Shown here piece after piece: positions 58,531 through 64,000 of a stretch of DNA of 64,000 nt; the first letter of the stretch is position 1, and every line of letters starts with the position of its first letter. Below the pieces are notes generated by a model. That model did no database searches and was not told the DNA's origin. It saw nothing but the letters and a program-made list of their open reading frames with translations. Origin of the DNA: the human T2T-CHM13v2.0 reference genome, Homo sapiens; the NCBI RefSeq assembly GCF_009914755.1, contig NC_060925.1; one strand, given 5' to 3'. A program made the translations under genes and the position numbers.

Positions 58531-58914
58531 TGATAATCTGAACATTAGCCCACTATGTAGATATGATGTTCAGTGATACTTATGTATTACAAATATCCTT
58601 TCCCAAATGGAACTTACATGTTTACATGCAACTTATCATAGCAAGAAAACATAGATTTTGGACATGAAAAAATTAGCCTTAAAATTCCAGAACTATTATT
58701 TATTGGTTGTCCTGTAAGTCACCCAAGTTCTTTGAGCCAGAGTGTCTTTAATCATAAAATGATGATACTAATACTTATTCTATGATGTTGCTAATATTTA
58801 GGAATATTTTGAGAAATAAAATAAACAATATTTTAAATATATATACCTAAGATAATATCTGGAAAATAATAAATGGCCTTCAAATGGTAATTCCCTTTCC
58901 TTTTGAAAATTTCA

Positions 58915-59125
58915 GATTTATTCATTTCCTGAATATGTATCAAGCACTAACTGTAATACAGACACCATTCTAGACATTAAAATCCAACAATAAGCAAGAC
59001 AAACATGACTCTTACTCTCACAGAATTTCTATACTCTGATTGGGAAAACCAGGGCTCAACAAACAATTACACAATTTGTTATTTAATTGCAATTATGAAA
59101 AGTGCAACCAAGAAGCATTGTGTGT
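58915..59125 (-). mobile_element. L2 3' fragment
   Basis: 'tttattcatt...gcactaactgtaatacagacaccattctagac...aagcaagacaaacatgactctt'. Confidence 0.65.
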
Positions 59126-59246
59126 TATGAAAGTATTAAGCTTGCCACTCATAACTTTCTTTTCATTATTTTGCTCAGATGTTCTTTGATTAGTGGTCAT
59201 TTAGGCATTTGCCCAACGTTATTATTTTGGAGACAACCTATCAGTG

Positions 59247-59248
<2 letters not shown>

Positions 59249-59310
<62 letters not shown>
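59249..59310. repeat. Compound (CT)n(AT)n microsatellite
   Basis: Seen directly; both tracts are uninterrupted. Confidence 0.97.
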
Positions 59311-59686
59311 GATCATTAAAGCAAAGCACTGGGTAATGTTGTAGTGGATGCTAAGAAGTATACCATAGTCTTTGGTGTCAAGGAGCTCAGTAATAGAAAC
59401 AAGCACTAAAAATGAGTAATTTTTTTAAAAGCACCATAGAAATTTAAAGGCAGAAATTCCCAGATGTGGAATACTTCAGTTTAAAGATGGCATCTGAATT
59501 GGACTTTTCAGAATCAATAGCAGTTTGAAAGCAAATTCTTTTTCACAATACCTATCCACTATCACCAAAAAATTGTTCATTTGTAATCTGAAAACCTTAC
59601 TCTTAGCCAACACCCACTACATTAATATAGGAATGTATTACTTGTCACCTAGATTATTGAAAAAGATTTCTATTTGACTTTCACCT

Positions 59687-60112
59687 CACTATGCTTTGAA
59701 TGTGTCCTCCAAAGTTCATGTGTTGAAAACTTAATTCCCAGTGAAGCAAGGTTGAGAAGTGGTGCTTAATGGGAGGTGTTTATGTCATGGGAGCAACAGT
59801 CTCATGAATTGATTAATGCCATTACCATGGGACTGTGTTTGTTATTTTGGGACTGGTTTCTTATTAAAAGACTAAGTTCAGACCCCACTTTCTCTCTCTG
59901 TCTCTCTCTGTCTCTCTCTCTCGCCCTCTTTTTGCCCTTCTGCCATGTGATGACTCTGCCTGTTATAAGGCAGCAAAAAGGCCCTCCCCATATTACTGGC
60001 CCCTCAATCTTGGATTTCTCAGCCTCCAGAACGTGCGCCAGTAAATTTCTGTTCATTATACATTTTCCATTCTGTAGTATTCTGTTGTACTAAGAATAAC
60101 TATGGACTGAGA
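59687..60112 (+). mobile_element. MST-family (MSTC/MSTD-like) solo LTR
   Basis: 'ctatgctttgaatgtgtcctccaaagttcatgtgttgaaaacttaat...ttggatttctcagcctccagaac...tggactgaga'. Confidence 0.85.
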
Positions 60113-60864
60113 TTCTCCTCCAATTACTTTCTTCTTTGTTTTCAGGGTGAAGTTAGCTAAAACACAAATCCGATTCTGTCACATCCTTGCACTTAATCTT
60201 TCATTTGCTTTTTGGGTTTTCAAATAAAGCTCAGCATTCCCAACATGGAATATGAACTCTTGCATGATTCAAGTGCCATAGTCTGCATACTGGAACTTAG
60301 CCATAGCAAACAATGTGCAAATCCCAAATAGCCCATACACTCTCAGATCATTGTGCTTTTCCCCATCCTGCTTCTTCATTTTATTTTTCTAACGCCTACT
60401 ATGCTTATAGGTTCAGATAATATACCATCTTTCACAGGTAGCTTTTGCTGACTCTCCTCCAATTTCTGATAATGAGTGTTCATCTGTTCCCATAAAACTG
60501 TCTACCTTAACAGCTATCATCTATACTCACTTATCTGCTTATCATTTTCCCCCATTAGTCTGTGACCTTTTGCAGGGCAAGAGTTATGTTTCTTGGTATT
60601 GTTTTTCCAACACCTAAGACTTCCCGTCATCACACAAAAAAAGCAACAACAAAAATCATTTTACATATTTAATCTCAAAACCTCAAGAATAAACACATGA
60701 ATTGTTGAAGTAATGGAGATATTTCAAGTCATAATATAAAATTTTACAAGATGGCTAAAGAAAATGAAGGCACAACCTGTTAGAGGAGAGAACACAATCT
60801 AATTTGGAAAAAAGAAATTTTCGGAAGGGCAACAATAAATAACAAGCCTATAAAACATAGGGAG

Positions 60865-61063
60865 CAGGGCTATGAGATAGAGCTTTCTGTGATGGTGGAT
60901 TTTTTCTATTTTGCACTGTCCAGTACAGTAGCCACTAGCTGCCTGGATGATTGGGGACATGAAATGTGGCTAGTGTGGTGGAAACACTAAATTTTAGCCC
61001 ATTTTAATTAATTTAATTTTAAATTTAAATCATTGCCATGGGGTCTACTGTATTGGATAGCAC
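60865..61063. mobile_element. MER3-like hAT-Charlie MITE
   Basis: 'actgtccagtacagtagccactagc...tgaaatgtggctagt...actgtattggatagcaca', internally palindromic. Confidence 0.8.
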
Positions 61064-61599
61064 AAAACGGACAGGTCTATAGAAGGCCCTGGATATCAGG
61101 TTAATGAGACAATATTTTGTAGGTAATTAAAACAAATTGAAGTATTCTAAGAAGAAAATTAACTTAATTCAAAGAGTGTCTTAATGAGTTATGAAAACTA
61201 AATACTAATAAGCAATGATATAAAGGTATGAAAATTACAAACTGTTATAATTTGCATGCTGGTTTATTTCTTCTAGAAATTTTGTTTTGTTTCTCACTTT
61301 AACCATCTAATGAGGTGAAGATAATGGACAATAATTTTTTATCTAACTTACTAATGTGAAATGATAATGTAATATTTTGGAAATATCTTCAATAGAATTG
61401 GAGTAAAAAGCCTGAACATCAATTATTTTGTTATTATCTAATTAATTGTATAATAAAGTGTACAATTTATAATTTGAAAACATTTTGACTTTTCATTGCA
61501 TACATTTCATATACTAGATAAATAATTGTGTTCAACTGTTGGATATGTATCCAGAAAATTTCTGATATTATACAGCTACCAGGCAATGGCTTAGATATA

Positions 61600-61737
61600 A
61601 GGTAAACACAAATCCCACTTTCCTAGGACAACCCAGTTATGCCTAATATACATCAGTTGACAAACATATTAAAACATTTTATCCTCCCATTTCTGCATCA
61701 TAAATGTTATCTTTGGATAATAAATTATATGGTCACA
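61600..61737. mobile_element. Possible hAT-Blackjack MITE (MER94-like)
   Basis: 'ggtaaac...tcccactttcctaggaca...tttggataataaattatatggtcac'. Confidence 0.45.
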
Positions 61738-61879
61738 ATTTGTGCATCTCTATCACAAACTACAATATACATTTCTTTTAGAAAATATGCACATTATGCT
61801 ACTTTATAGTAAAAACATCCAATAAACTTCTATTTGTTTATTTCTCTGCCGCCAAAAGCATAAGCAACAAGGTAAGGAA

Positions 61880-62075
61880 AGTTTAGAGACTCAGATCAAG
61901 ACATTCTGAACACATCTGAAATACTTATGAACATTTAACGTGAATTTACCTTCATAAATTTGCTGACAGTATTGTATCTTCCTTACATGGTTTGTCAAGA
62001 TTAAATCAAAATGATTACATAAAACATTTAACATAGTACTTAGCAGAGCCAAACTAATTAGCAAATGTTAGACAA
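61880..62075 (+). mobile_element. MIR
   Basis: 'gattaaatcaaaatgattacataaaacatttaacatagtacttagca...aaatgttag'. Confidence 0.6.
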
Positions 62076-63864
62076 TCTAATTCTTACTGTTATTTTGTGT
62101 CATTATTATTAATGTTGGTTTTTGTTCTACTACCTCTCCTGGCAGGTTCAAACATCCTGGGGTAAGGTTTGGCTAGCAAGAGCATGGTGGCTCTTAGGTA
62201 TATCAGGTGGCTCCTCTCCTAGGCAGGACAGGTGGGAGGGACACCAAGAGATTTTCTGTCTTCTCCTTGGCCATAGTTTCTTACATGTGTCAGAACAGGT
62301 TAGGTATAAAGCTACACTTACCTGACCAGTCTCAGCAGGAGAAGCAATATATCTGCATTATCTCATGATCTCTCACATAGAAATCCTTGAATGTAATATA
62401 TTTATACAACATTCCCCCAAATGTTTTCTTTTTACATACCCAAAGCAGGTTTGCTCAAATGTATTTCAAATTATAGTTGCATTAGAATATAAAAAGAAGC
62501 TAGAGGTCTTACGTCATCTAATTTAGATAATATTCCTGCCTCCCAAATTGTGATAAAGACAATGTTTAGAAAACACTTTTTTATAGTGTTTAAAAATAGT
62601 TACTATTATTATTTTCAAATTGATTTAGAGATTATGATAGACGAACAATACTGTGAAGATATTAATAAAGATGTGAGGAAAAGGTCAACAGAAAGGCATA
62701 TAAATTAATTCAAAACAATGACCATTTTAGGTTTTAAGAGAATTAATAAATTTGGGGGCAAAAGACTGAAAATCTAATAAGTTTACCTGGAAATTAAATG
62801 CATTTTGGCACAGTCTTCTTAAATTATCCAAAAAAAAATTATAAGTGTTCTGATCCTTGGGGAAAAAACTTCAAATATTCTAAATATGTTTGGGTAGAGT
62901 TTCAAGCAATGGATGGAAGAAAGGCAGAACTGTATGAATATACTCTAAGAAAGTAAAGTTGAGATTTGTGTATCTTATGTGCTTATGTGAACCAACTTGG
63001 CCACAAGCAGGAGACCAGGAGCAAGGACATGAGGAGACAATAGTTACAGGGCTTCTTATCACAATTAGGGCTCAAATAAAAAAATTATAGGCTTCTGAAA
63101 AAGAGAATGCCAAGATCTAAATGATAGTTCAGGTGTCTGGGTTTTTTTTTTTACTACTTATATGGAGAATGATTTGCACATGGTGAAAGGCTACAGGAAG
63201 GCAATAATTAAATTGTATTCAGATGAAAAAAGCAGAAGTCAGAACCCAAAGAAGCCAAGGTGCAATATTAATGTTTTAGCCTTCTTATGTGTTCTTTAAA
63301 AGAGAAGTGAAAGACATGTTATTTTCAGATAACGAAATTGGGACATGTTAACAGCTTCAATAGGAGTAGAAAAACAATACAGTGATTCCTATACAATTAG
63401 CACATAAACCAACATATTGTAATTAGATTCAGCATATAAATTAATCAACAAAACATTAATTAAAATAATTAAGCAAAGCAAATGGAAGAGCGCGTTGACA
63501 AAATCCACTGCTCTTTTTTTCTTTTTGGTCCTCCATGCCACTTGATACAAAGCCAGTCAGTTTTTACACTGAATCTCTCTATACCTTCCTTCAAACTTGG
63601 GAAGATATCAAGACTTTTGTTCAGTGTAAGATGGTGATTTTCATTAGACTTAGAGAAAATATGTTCCAAATTTAACAGCAACATCGTTTCTAATGGCCCA
63701 GGCTCACCTACCCCAGGTCGAGAGAACAGGCCATGTGAGAAAATATTGCTGATATTTTTATCAAGAAGCAAGTAGGAGATTAGGATACTGAGGGAAAGAG
63801 ATGGAGTGCTGCAAAGACAAAGAGAAAGGGAGAATTTCCCAGGAGAGTAGAACCAACACATTTA

Positions 63865-64000
63865 CAAATAAAAACAATCCAGACGTATAGGAAGAGACTT
63901 TATTCAGGAGAAAAACTATTGCAATAGAGAGAAAAAGCCATTCTCAGATATCTGCAAGCATCTCAAAATCAACAGAAAAAAAAATTCCTCTTTTATAGAG
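63865..64000 (-). mobile_element. ERV LTR 3' end (MER4-group-like), cut by the window end
   Basis: 'gagactttattcagg...actattgcaatagagaga...ttttatag' gives AATAAA and a TATA-like element on the minus strand. Confidence 0.55.

Noticed and set aside
63469-63861. 130-aa minus-strand ORF
   Set aside because: Reads through a polypyrimidine tract and splice-like signals; no recognisable protein.

Overview
AT-rich primate (human-like) genomic DNA, dominated by interspersed repeats, with no intact protein-coding gene that I can recognise. The main non-repeat finding is a decayed, intronless processed pseudogene of OOEP (oocyte-expressed KH-like protein of the subcortical maternal complex) on the minus strand at ~3.6-4.2 kb. 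The ORF track misses it because of a stop codon and frameshifts. The rest of the window holds: a near full-length HERV-L provirus with MLT2A LTRs (44.7-51.0 kb, minus; gag, RT, RNase H, integrase and dUTPase remnants); a near full-length L1MA-type element carrying a nested, 5'-inverted L1PA; a twin-primed L1PA with a nested Alu; several truncated or internally deleted L1s with readable target-site duplications; THE1/MST/MLT1 and ERV1 solo LTRs; Alu, MIR, L2 and MER DNA-transposon fossils; and microsatellites. A few repeat-free stretches carry candidate enhancer motifs or splice signals. Subfamily names come from remembered consensus features, not a database run, and the boundaries of old repeats are approximate. 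I found no evidence of a wholly new biological system.
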